A DNA stretch of 64,000 nt, taken from contig OX597825.1 in the NCBI GenBank assembly GCA_951406725.2, positions 46,872,001-46,936,000 of the forward strand, read 5' to 3'. Of this stretch, positions 1 to 11,775 are shown one piece after another (the first letter of the stretch is position 1; every line of letters begins with the position of its first letter). The stretch is from Octopus vulgaris. Its lineage: Eukaryota. A model generated the notes under the pieces. That model was not told where the DNA came from, did no database searches, and saw only the letters and a program-made list of their open reading frames with translations. The position numbers and the translations under genes are program-made.

Positions 1-638
1 AAACTTTGGTTTTACACTGGGTATCACGTTATGGCGCCCCAGCGAATATAACAACGGACAGAGGACGCCAATTTGATTCCCATCTCTTCAGGGAACTGAC
101 TCATCTGTTAGGATGTAAACACATCCGCACAACAGCTTATCACCCGCAAGCTAATGGTCTTGTGGAAAGATTTCATCGTCAATTGAAAGCTGCAATAAAG
201 GCGTACCCAGACAAGACCCACTGGTTTGAATACCTGCCACTCATCCTTCTTGGCATCCGTTCCACCGTTAAGGAACAATTCGGACACACACCTGCAGAAT
301 TAGTGTACGGCACCACCCTGGTTCTACCTGGTCAGATTGTTGCTCCCATCTCTCCTCAGGACGTTCCAGACTCAGGATCATACGTACACCGACTTCGTCA
401 ATACATGTCTCACCTTGCCCCTGCGAGCACCCGTCAACAGAACACGAACACACATGTACCTGCAGACATTAGCGATTGGACGCACGTTTTTCTTAGAAAT
501 GACACCATCTCCACTAATCTTCAACCTCCATATTCTGGCCCTTACCGTGTTCTAGAAACACACCCAAAATATTTTGTCATCGATCAAAATGGTAAACAGA
601 ATTCTGTCAGTGTGGACAGATTAAAAAAGCCATCATAA
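1..638 (+). mobile_element. Ty3/Gypsy LTR-retrotransposon pol C-terminus (integrase core + GPY/F module), cut off by the window edge
   Basis: ORF 6..638 has [30 protein letters not shown] (rve D..E motifs) and [11 protein letters not shown] (GPY/F). Confidence 0.92.
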
Positions 639-750
639 CAGTCCTTTTTAGGACTATTCTTGGATCGGATCTAATTGCGATAACCGTCCTTTTAAGGGCT
701 ACCCTCGAATGCGATAACAGTCCTTTTTAGAACTACTCTCAGATCAGACC
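635..750 (+). repeat. Three imperfect tandem copies of ataacagtcctttttaggactattct immediately after the integrase stop
   Basis: Copies begin near 635, 680 and 714. Confidence 0.65.
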
Positions 751-842
751 AGAAGTAGTGGCCAAGAATCATACCCGCTACATATATATTGCGAAGACGC
801 ATAGCTTAGTGGATAGGATGTTGCACTCGTAGCTTCGATTTC

Positions 843-1240
843 CAGGAGTGGCTGTGTGATAAGTAGCTTGCTAACCAACCATATGGTTCCGGATTCAGTC
901 CTACGGCGTGGCACCTTGGGCGAGTGTCTTCTACTATAGCCTCGGGCCGACCAAAGTCTTGTGAGTGGATATGGTAGATGGTAACTGAAAGAAGCCCGTG
1001 TGTGTGTTTGTGTGTGTCTGTGTGTATATATGATTGTGTGTCTGTATTTGTCTCCCCACCATCGCTTGACAACCGATGCTGGTGTGTGTATTTCGCCGTT
1101 ACTTAGCTTGTTCGGTAAAAGAGACCGATAGAATAAATACTAGGCTTACAAAGAATGAGTCCTGGGATCGATTTGATCGACTAAAGGTGGTGCTGCAGCA
1201 TAGCCGCAGTCAAATCACTGAAACAAGTAAAAGAATAACA
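843..1240 (+). mobile_element. tRNA-derived SINE, family A (CORE-like ccttgggc(a/g)ag segment)
   Basis: A-box-like tggctgtgtgat and B-box-like ggattcagtcc; colinear with the copies at 54.2-54.6 kb and 59.0-59.4 kb. Confidence 0.85.
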
Positions 1241-1474
1241 GAAAGAAAAGCACTTCATTTCATGTTGCTCTGCGATCATTTCCTTTCCTTATCCAACATG
1301 TGGCACATGGTGCACTTGTACAGGTAAAGTCGATTTGATAGAGGGAGTGGGAGTAGGCTTATGTGTACACAAACATTTGACCACTATAAACAACTCATTT
1401 GTGTGGTTGTGCGGCAAGAAATTGCCGAACTCTCATACGTTGTCTAACGACGGGAGAGTCCATGGTATATATAA

Positions 1475-1505
<31 letters not shown>

Positions 1506-1517
1506 TATATTTTTTTT

Positions 1518-2330
1518 ATTTATTATATAGAAGGAGCTTCTACAGGACTAGTACTGTTTCATTCAAGAGAAATCTTCAGGAAGCTATTTAACAAGAATTG
1601 TATTAGCATTTATACATTTAGGCAGGTTTAAAGGAGTGGTGGTGGGGGACTTTTTTGGGGGTAGGCATAGCGCAAAATATCATACTTGGGGGAGTGGTCA
1701 AGGAGTCAGTGGTAAGTTAGATGAAAGAATAGATAAATAAAAAAATAAAAAAATAAAATAATAAAATAAAAAAAATATAATAATAAAATAAAAAAATAAA
1801 ATAAAAAAATAAAAAAATAAAAAAATATAAAAATAAAAAAATAAAAAATATATATAAAAAATATATATATAAAAAATATATATATAAAAAAAGGGGGGAT
1901 AGAGTTATAGGTAAATAAGGAGATTCTCACTTATACCTATACACATATGTATACGTATCTACACACATATATATACTCATATATATACAGTATATATATA
2001 TATATACATATATATACACACATACACATATATACACATATACATACATATCTACATACACACATACATACACCCGCCCGCATATACAAATTTATACACA
2101 TGCACATGCATATACCTGTCTACACATACACACACGTATATATGCATACACTCACTCCCATGCATGCACGCATACACACATGTATATATATACACACGAC
2201 CACACATACATATATACACAGAAAAATATATATTCATACGCACATACACTCATGCACACACAACACACCTAGTTCCCTATATACACATATTTACACCTAT
2301 ATATACATACACCCACATACACATATGTAC

Positions 2331-2363
<33 letters not shown>

Positions 2364-2470
2364 CATATACACGCATACATATATATACATGTGTACACAT
2401 ACATACATGTACACATATACATACACACACACATATACACATGTGTACCTATACATACCTACACATACAC

Positions 2471-2517
<47 letters not shown>

Positions 2518-2919
2518 CCAATACAGGCCCATTCCCTAATTTTAATTTTATTATCTTCATTTATTACTTTTGTTATCTTTGATCGCTAGAGCTAAGGATC
2601 CTGGCTATGGCAGCATGTCCATTTGTCTGTCTACTAGAAGGCAAGTACTCATTCCCGCACGCACACTCATTAGCACGTACATTCACCCATTCGTACACTC
2701 ATACACATACACGTACGCACGCGTTATATTCATACATACAAACATCTACATACGTTCACGTATATACACATACGTACTCGTACCTACAGATTCGTGTCTA
2801 CACTTTAGGAGGCTAGTCTATACATATACACCAATAAATATACATATATATATATATACACATATACATACACACACACACATATACTCCTACATACAGA
2901 TACATACCTATATATATCT

Positions 2920-2974
<55 letters not shown>

Positions 2975-3178
2975 CATACACACACACACATATATATACA
3001 CACACATACATACACATATATATACATACACAAACATATATACACACATATATATATATATATACACACATACACACACATACATACATATACACACAAA
3101 CACATACATACGTATACATACATACATACATCCATACATCCATACTTACATGCATTTATACGCATACACACACCCCCA

Positions 3179-3215
<37 letters not shown>

Positions 3216-3692
3216 TCACACATACATATACAAATATACGCACACACATACATACATACACGTATACGCATACACGCACATACACATATACATGCGTACC
3301 CATACACGTGCACACACGCACGTGCATCCATATATATACACACACACACATATATACACGTGTGCAAGCATACATACATACTCATACACGCACACATACT
3401 AACATATACATATATGCACACACTTACACACATATATACATACACATATACATGCATACATACATATATGCATACATACACATACACGCACATACACATA
3501 TACATGCGTACCCATACACGTGCACACACGCACGCGCATCCATATATATACACACACACTCATATATACACGTGTGCAAGCATACATACGCGCACACATA
3601 CTTACATATACATATATGCACACACTTACACACATATATACATACACATATACATGCATACATACATATATGCATACATACACACACGCGCA

Positions 3693-3747
<55 letters not shown>

Positions 3748-3926
3748 CATACATACACATACATATACATACACACATACATATACATACACATACACAT
3801 ACATACATATATATATATATATATACACATATATACACATATACACATACATATATACACATATACATACATATACATACACACACACATACATATATAC
3901 ATATACACTGATACACATACCCATAC

Positions 3927-3959
<33 letters not shown>

Positions 3960-4042
3960 TATACACATGCATATACTTATATCTCTACATACTCACATAT
4001 AAACATATATACATATACACACATATATATACACATGTACAT

Positions 4043-4119
<77 letters not shown>

Positions 4120-5385
4120 TACATATACACATATACATGTATACATACGCAATAATGATACACATATATACACATACACACACACAGACAGATGCATATA
4201 CATACATATATATATAAATTACATATCTATATAAATACATACATAATACACATATACACACACATATATATACATGCATATACATATACAAATATACATA
4301 CACATACATACACACACACGCGCGCACATACATATACACACACACATATACAAATACATACATACATACACACATACACACACACACATATATACATACA
4401 TGTACACATATACATATATATATATATATCAACAAGGGAGGGTAAAGTTAATTAGTTATTAATCAATTTCACCAAGTATTCAGTATGTAAAGGGACCATT
4501 ATTATTTTGAGTAAACAATGTTAGAGGGAAAAAAATTCTCTAAGTAGTGGAAGAGGCTAAAAAACTTTATTGGCTGCTATTTCTAGAAAGTTTAGTATGT
4601 GGCAAAGTAATTTATTTTATTTTACTAAGCCCTAATTATATAATATTTTATACATACATACACATACATAAACACATACATTTACACATACATATGCATA
4701 TACGTATATACACATATACATACAAACACATATACATATATACACACACACACACATACAAGCACATACATATATATATATATATATATACATATATGCA
4801 AATATATATACATATATATATTTTTACATGCATACATACACACACACACACATAATACATGCGTATATTCCTACTGTACCCATGCATTTCTATACATATA
4901 TACATACATACGATACACATATACAAGCGTGCACATACAATATGTGAAAGGTCTTAGGAGAAAAGGTAATCGGGGGTGCTAGGGGAACAGTGGGGTTGGG
5001 GGGGGTGGGGGGGGGGTTGGGAGGGGGGTTGTAGGGGGGGTTGTCATCAATCAGGTTGCCGGGTAGGTCTATAGTTCTTGTAGTTCGCATACTTCTTATG
5101 CATGCAATTTGGGGAGTGTTCTGAAAATTTGTTAAGGAGAGGGCCTTTGGCGAACAAGATCTCTAGGCTCTCTGATATGCATAGGTCACAGCAGGTATGT
5201 CCTCCTGTGTACGAGCGCGCCTTCTGTAGTAGTTTCCACTTGGTCTTGAAGGGGATTGAGTTCCTTTTAAGGTACCAGATGTGGGCGGCGAGGGTAGTTT
5301 GGTTGGATTTATCCTGTCGCCGGAACGAGTGTGTGTGTGCGTACCAGCGGGTCTTAAAGCTGTTTGACGTCATTCCAATGTAGGA
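1518..5385 (-). repeat. Left arm of ~3.85-kb inverted repeat (GIY-YIG end + microsatellite-rich 3' region)
   Basis: Reverse complement of 6310-10155; unique islands (2510-2830, 4430-4650) and mirrored ORFs match. Confidence 0.95.
1535..1585 (-). ncRNA. Type I hammerhead ribozyme motif (mirror of 10088-10138)
   Basis: Minus strand reads agcttc-CTGAAGA-tttctcttgaat-GAAA-cag-tactagtc-ctg-TA-gaagct. Confidence 0.82.
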
Positions 5386-6309
5386 TTTACTTTTATCGTC
5401 AAGGCCTGATCTTACCTCGCATTTATATACTAGGTCCCTCTGTAGGCAGTTGTTGTTGAGGGGGCAGGTGGTTTTATCATGGCAGTTGCAACTGCTATCG
5501 GACGTTGGATGGGCCCCGGAGAAAGTAGATATGTTAAGTTTTTCACATTGTTGTTGGCTAGGTTCCTGGCTAGATTGGGCGTGGTAGAGTAGGAGAGTCT
5601 AATGGTGTTCTTATTTAGGATAGTGTAGTACTTATGTTGGGTGGGGAAGTGTTTCTGTAGGAGAGTGAAAAAGATCTTAGCTACAGGTGTAGCGACCTCA
5701 CGGTTGAAGGGGGGTTGTACCAGGTAATGTGTCTTCGTCTATTTTTCCTGGGTTGGCGTGGGGCTATACTAGTGTAGGTAATCTTATCTTTAAAACCACT
5801 GCGGGCCAGGGCCTCGTTGTAATAGGGGGCTGCGGCTTTAAAGATATCTTCCGTGGCGGACAGGCTAGAGATTCTAATTGAGACACTTTTTACTAGGTTA
5901 TCTAATATATTTTTGGGGTGGTTGGAATTGATATCTATATATCTAAGGGATTCATTTGGTTTGTGGTACGGGTAATAAAGTGAGGTTTTTAAGTCGAGGG
6001 TGACATCGAGGAAGTTAGCCTTAGTTAAGTTGGATTCTAGGGTAATCCTAAGGCCTAAGTTTTTAAAGAAGGTGTGAAGATTTTTCCGGAACCCATCCGT
6101 GGTCCTGGGGTTTATATTGTGGAGGGCGAAAAGGCCGTCATCTCGGTAAAGACCACCGGAGAGGCCTGTGAATAGGGTTTTCAGCCTATGGAGGATGAAA
6201 AGGCCCACTAGGTCACTTATTTCAGCAGAGTCGTTAGCACCCATGCTGACGTCGAAGGGGGTCACAGATTTTTTGTTGATCCAGTGGGATCCGTCATAGA
6301 AAAGAAAGG
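5047..6309 (-). pseudogene. Penelope-like RT (C-terminal half), thumb, Cys linker and GIY-YIG endonuclease; frameshifted and 5'-truncated
   Basis: SMGANDSAEISDL, LYRDDG, FLDVTLDL, YHKPNESLRYIDINSNHP, WYNPP; manual translation of ~5490-5370 gives CNCHDKTTCPLNNNCLQRDLVYKC...YIGMTSNSFKTRWYAH...HIW. Confidence 0.92.
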
Positions 6310-7558
6310 TCCTACATTGGAATGACGTCAAACAGCTTTAAGACCCGCTGGTACGCACACACACACTCGTTCCGGCGACAGGATAAATCCAACCAAACTA
6401 CCCTCGCCGCCCACATCTGGTACCTTAAAAGGAACTCAATCCCCTTCAAGACCAAGCGGAAACTACTACAGAAGGCGCGCTCGTACACAGGAGGACATAC
6501 CTGCTGTGACCTATGCATATCAGAGAGCCTAGAGATCTTGTTCGCCAAAGGCCCTCTCCTTAACAAATTTTCAGAACACTCCCCAAATTGCATGCATAAG
6601 AAGTATGCGAACTACAAGAACTATAGACTTACCCGGCAACCTGATTGATGACAACCCCCCCCCCCCAACCCCCCCCCACCCCCCAACCCCACTGTTCCCC
6701 TAGCACCCCCGATTACCTTTTCTCCTAAGACCTTTCACATATTGTATGTGCACGCTTGTATATGTGTATCGTATGTATGTATATATGTATAGAAATGCAT
6801 GGGTACAGTAGGAATATACGCATGTATTATGTGTGTGTGTGTGTATGTATGCATGTAAAAATATATATATGTATATATATTTGCATATATGTATATATAT
6901 ATATATATGTATGTGCTTGTATGTGTGTGTGTGTGTATATATGTATATGTGTTTGTATGTATATGTGTATATACGTATATGCATATGTATGTGTAAATGT
7001 ATGTGTTTATGTATGTGTATGTATGTATAAAATATTATATAATTAGGGCTTAGTAAAATAAAATAAATTACTTTGCCACATACTAAACTTTCTAGAAATA
7101 GCAGCCAATAAAGTTTTTTAGCCTCTTCCACTACTTAGAGAATTTTTTTCCCTCTAACATTGTTTACTCAAAATAATAATGGTCCCTTTACATACTGAAT
7201 ACTTGGTGAAATTGATTAATAACTAATTAACTTTACCCTCCCTTGTTGATATATATATATATATGTATATGTGTACATGTATGTATATATGTGTGTGTGT
7301 GTATGTGTGTATGTATGTATGTATTTGTATATGTGTGTGTGTATATGTATGTGCGCGCGTGTGTGTGTATGTATGTGTATGTATATTTGTATATGTATAT
7401 GCATGTATATATATGTGTGTGTATATGTGTATTATGTATGTATTTATATAGATATGTAATTTATATATATATGTATGTATATGCATCTGTCTGTGTGTGT
7501 GTATGTGTATATATGTGTATCATTATTGCGTATGTATACATGTATATGTGTATATGTA

Positions 7559-7635
<77 letters not shown>

Positions 7636-7718
7636 ATGTACATGTGTATATATATGTGTGTATATGTATATATGTTTATATGTGAGTATGTAGAGATATA
7701 AGTATATGCATGTGTATA

Positions 7719-7751
<33 letters not shown>

Positions 7752-7926
7752 GTATGGGTATGTGTATCAGTGTATATGTATATATGTATGTGTGTGTGTA
7801 TGTATATGTATGTATATGTGTATATATGTATGTGTATATGTGTATATATGTGTATATATATATATATATATGTATGTATGTGTATGTGTATGTATATGTA
7901 TGTGTGTATGTATACGTATGTGTATG

Positions 7927-7992
<66 letters not shown>

Positions 7993-8469
7993 TGCGCGTG
8001 TGTGTATGTATGCATATATGTATGTATGCATGTATATGTGTATGTATATATGTGTGTAAGTGTGTGCATATATGTATATGTAAGTATGTGTGCGCGTATG
8101 TATGCTTGCACACGTGTATATATGAGTGTGTGTGTATATATATGGATGCGCGTGCGTGTGTGCACGTGTATGGGTACGCATGTATATGTGTATGTGCGTG
8201 TATGTGTATGTATGCATATATGTATGTATGCATGTATATGTGTATGTATATATGTGTGTAAGTGTGTGCATATATGTATATGTAAGTATGTGTGCGTGTA
8301 TGAGTATGTATGTATGCTTGCACACGTGTATATATGTGTGTGTGTGTATATATATGGATGCACGTGCGTGTGTGCACGTGTATGGGTACGCATGTATATG
8401 TGTATGTGCGTGTATGCGTATACGTGTATGTATGTATGTGTGTGCGTATATTTGTATATGTATGTGTGA

Positions 8470-8510
<41 letters not shown>

Positions 8511-8716
8511 TGGGGGTGTGTGTATGCGTATAAATGCATGTAAGTATGGATGTATGGATGTATGTATGTATGTATACGTATGTATGTGTTTGTGTGTATA
8601 TGTATGTATGTGTGTGTATGTGTGTATATATATATATATGTGTGTATATATGTTTGTGTATGTATATATATGTGTATGTATGTGTGTGTATATATATGTG
8701 TGTGTGTGTATGTATG

Positions 8717-8756
<40 letters not shown>

Positions 8757-9167
8757 TATATGTATAGATATATATAGGTATGTATCTGTATGTAGGAGTA
8801 TATGTGTGTGTGTGTATGTATATGTGTATATATATATATATGTATATTTATTGGTGTATATGTATAGACTAGCCTCCTAAAGTGTAGACACGAATCTGTA
8901 GGTACGAGTACGTATGTGTATATACGTGAACGTATGTAGATGTTTGTATGTATGAATATAACGCGTGCGTACGTGTATGTGTATGAGTGTACGAATGGGT
9001 GAATGTACGTGCTAATGAGTGTGCGTGCGGGAATGAGTACTTGCCTTCTAGTAGACAGACAAATGGACATGCTGCCATAGCCAGGATCCTTAGCTCTAGC
9101 GATCAAAGATAACAAAAGTAATAAATGAAGATAATAAAATTAAAATTAGGGAATGGGCCTGTATTGG

Positions 9168-9216
<49 letters not shown>

Positions 9217-9323
9217 GTGTATGTGTAGGTATGTATAGGTACACATGTGTATATGTGTGTGTGTATGTATATGTGTACATGTATGTATGTGTACACATGT
9301 ATATATATGTATGCGTGTATATG

Positions 9324-9356
<33 letters not shown>

Positions 9357-10155
9357 GTACATATGTGTATGTGGGTGTATGTATATATAGGTGTAAATAT
9401 GTGTATATAGGGAACTAGGTGTGTTGTGTGTGCATGAGTGTATGTGCGTATGAATATATATTTTTCTGTGTATATATGTATGTGTGGTCGTGTGTATATA
9501 TATACATGTGTGTATGCGTGCATGCATGGGAGTGAGTGTATGCATATATACGTGTGTGTATGTGTAGACAGGTATATGCATGTGCATGTGTATAAATTTG
9601 TATATGCGGGCGGGTGTATGTATGTGTGTATGTAGATATGTATGTATATGTGTATATATGTGTATGTGTGTATATATATGTATATATATATATATATATA
9701 TGAGTATATATATGTGTGTAGATACGTATACATATGTGTATAGGTATAAGTGAGAATCTCCTTATTTACCTATAACTCTATCCCCCCTTTTTTTATATAT
9801 ATATTTTTTATATATATATTTTTTATATATATTTTTTATTTTTTTATTTTTATATTTTTTTAATTTTTTTATTTTATTTTTTTATTTTATTATTATATTT
9901 TTTTTATTTTATTATTTTATTTTTTTATTTTTTTATTTATCTATTCTTTCATCTAACTTACCACTGACTCCTTGACCACTCCCCCAAGTATGATATTTTG
10001 CGCTATGCCTACCCCCAAAAAAGTCCCCCACCACCACTCCTTTAAACCTGCCTAAATGTATAAATGCTAATACAATTCTTGTTAAATAGCTTCCTGAAGA
10101 TTTCTCTTGAATGAAACAGTACTAGTCCTGTAGAAGCTCCTTCTATATAATAAAT
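6310..10155 (+). repeat. Right arm of inverted repeat; begins inside the GIY-YIG domain (ORF 6322..6648)
   Basis: ORF 6322..6648 equals ORF 5047..5373 except W/R and P/L substitutions. Confidence 0.95.
10088..10138 (+). ncRNA. Type I hammerhead ribozyme motif in the PLE terminal repeat
   Basis: Stem I agcttc(10088-93)/gaagct(10133-38); core CTGAAGA 10094-100; short stem II ttc/gaa; GAAA 10113-16; stem III cag/ctg; GUA cleavage triplet ending 10132. Confidence 0.85.
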
Positions 10156-10221
10156 TAATTTTACTCTGCTATGTATTGAGTACCTTACTTACTGTGGTTA
10201 ACCCCGAATCAACCCGGGACC

Positions 10222-10251
<30 letters not shown>

Positions 10252-10252
<1 letters not shown>

Positions 10253-10457
10253 CTTATATATCCATACATATCTTGCATCAATTTTATTTCCTCCACCTCA
10301 CTCTCTATTTTGTATCACTTTTAAACTATGACTTAACTATCCTCTCACACCGTCTCCGATGAAGGGATATAATTGATGAATATCCAAGAAACAGCTGTAA
10401 GACCTATCTATAAATGCTCTAATATCTACACAGCCTTGTTTTTTTAATCTTATTACG

Positions 10458-10460
<3 letters not shown>
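10252..10460 (+). mobile_element. Solo pLTR-like island between (TA)n runs carrying a hammerhead-like motif
   Basis: ~210 bp of unique sequence bounded by TA runs; contains motif 10352-10403. Confidence 0.6.
10352..10403 (+). ncRNA. Minimal hammerhead-like motif with core variant CCGAUGA
   Basis: gtct-CCGATGA-ag-ggatat...atatcc-aa-GAAA-cagctg-TA-agac; palindromic stem III acagctgt. Confidence 0.65.
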
Positions 10461-10504
<44 letters not shown>

Positions 10505-10542
10505 CACTAGAGTAGACCACATAGTGGTCGCTCTCTCATATT

Positions 10543-10574
<32 letters not shown>

Positions 10575-10608
10575 CTAATACATGGATACTGTAGATACAT
10601 GGATACAT

Positions 10609-10650
<42 letters not shown>

Positions 10651-10659
10651 TAATACATG

Positions 10660-11385
10660 GATACTGTGTCAATTCCCTACAACTGTTTCCAACGAATTTT
10701 AATCGATTAATGGAGACATTACATCATTAGAAAAATATTTACATGAGATGGGTACAAGAACCACAACATTCAAAAACATTTAAAATCCAACAGGATTTGC
10801 ACTTCATTCTTCTATTACTCTTGCTGGTCATATAATGAATTAGTTTTGTCTGGAAGTGTTATAGGAGAAAATAGTGCAATGATATGGGTAGGTAGGGTTA
10901 AAAGAGATTTATAGCAATGAAGGAGCTTGGAGTATGAGGTAGAGGGGATCAGATAGCGAAGCATCTCGCCCCTATTTCCAAGAAAGAGCTTATGTGTTAA
11001 CTTTGTTCAACAAACAGTTTTAGAGTTAAGTACAAAGGGTAAGATCACACAGTTATGCTGCTATTGTTAATTTATCAAATATTCCGGCTCTTCTGTGATG
11101 GTGTTCTAAGAAGGTGATGCAGTTTTTGATCCAACATCTAGGAGGTTCCAAGCTTGTAGGAGGGCACGTTTAAGATGAGAATACTGACTAAAAACATCTT
11201 TCTTAGAGTTAAAATAGGTTCCCAGATCAAGCAAGATTTTTTTTAGAATTCTTGTCCTCTCTGCCAAACAACGTCTGCTCCTGTTCACATAAGACTCCGG
11301 TTGCTCAAAGAACTTCCATTTGATTATGGTTGGGGTTCCTTCCTCTTCTAGGCGCTAAATATTGCTTACCGGGAACGTGAGGTGT
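10660..11385 (-). mobile_element. Diverged interspersed repeat, probably a PLE terminal region, with a decayed hammerhead at 10673-10735
   Basis: 10665-11050 is colinear with 57115-57490; minus strand has CTAATGA...GAAAcagttgTA; abuts TA runs. Confidence 0.5.
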
Positions 11386-11690
11386 ATATATATATTTCTG
11401 TATGTGTAAAGTAACAGTTTTAGAAAAAAAAACTATTGGTTTCATATCTAGCGTGAACTAAACATATATATGTATAGCAATTTCAAAAACTTTTGGATGA
11501 AAATCCATAAATCCATTAATTGCTATGCACGTTTCCAGAAACTCCAAGCTTTAGTTGTTGTGAAGTGAAGAACAAATATATAGTGCGCATGTTTATTTGG
11601 TAAAAAAAAAAAATAAATGACCGTCCCGAAATATAACAATGTCTGTTTCAACACACGATTTCAATCTTCCAAAGCAAATTCATAAACGTT

Positions 11691-11692
<2 letters not shown>

Positions 11693-11772
<80 letters not shown>
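11693..11772. repeat. (CA)n microsatellite
   Basis: About 40 perfect CA units. Confidence 0.95.

Positions 11773-11775
<3 letters not shown>

Larger units (their letters stand above)
1518..10225. mobile_element. 5'-truncated Penelope-like retroelement (Naiad-like) with an inverted copy of its 3' part, inserted in (TA)n
   Basis: Inverted arms 1518-5385 and 6310-10155, unique 924-bp spacer encoding RT, hammerheads at both outer ends, ~70-bp extension 10156-10225 on one arm only, TA runs on both flanks. Confidence 0.9.

Noticed and set aside
635-750. Short repeats with variable spacers that look CRISPR-like
   Set aside because: Only three degenerate units, spacers very short and related, eukaryotic retrotransposon context, no cas genes.
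1400-1465. Two adjacent hairpins (cggcaa-gaaa-ttgccg; actctc...gagagt followed by c) resembling hammerhead stems II and III
   Set aside because: No CUGANGA core and only GAAC at the junction; cannot be called a ribozyme.
5386-5520. Possible selenocysteine (in-frame TGA) in the Cys linker, as reported for some Naiad elements
   Set aside because: The Cys codons read here are TGC; no in-frame TGA at those positions.
7190-7235. ctgaata...gaaa...tta hammerhead-like spacing in a PLE internal island
   Set aside because: Core mismatch and no pairing stem I.
1947-9733. Dozens of long H/I/Y/T- or C/V/Y/M-rich ORFs (up to 554 aa)
   Set aside because: Translations of TA/CA microsatellite, which lacks stop codons; not proteins.
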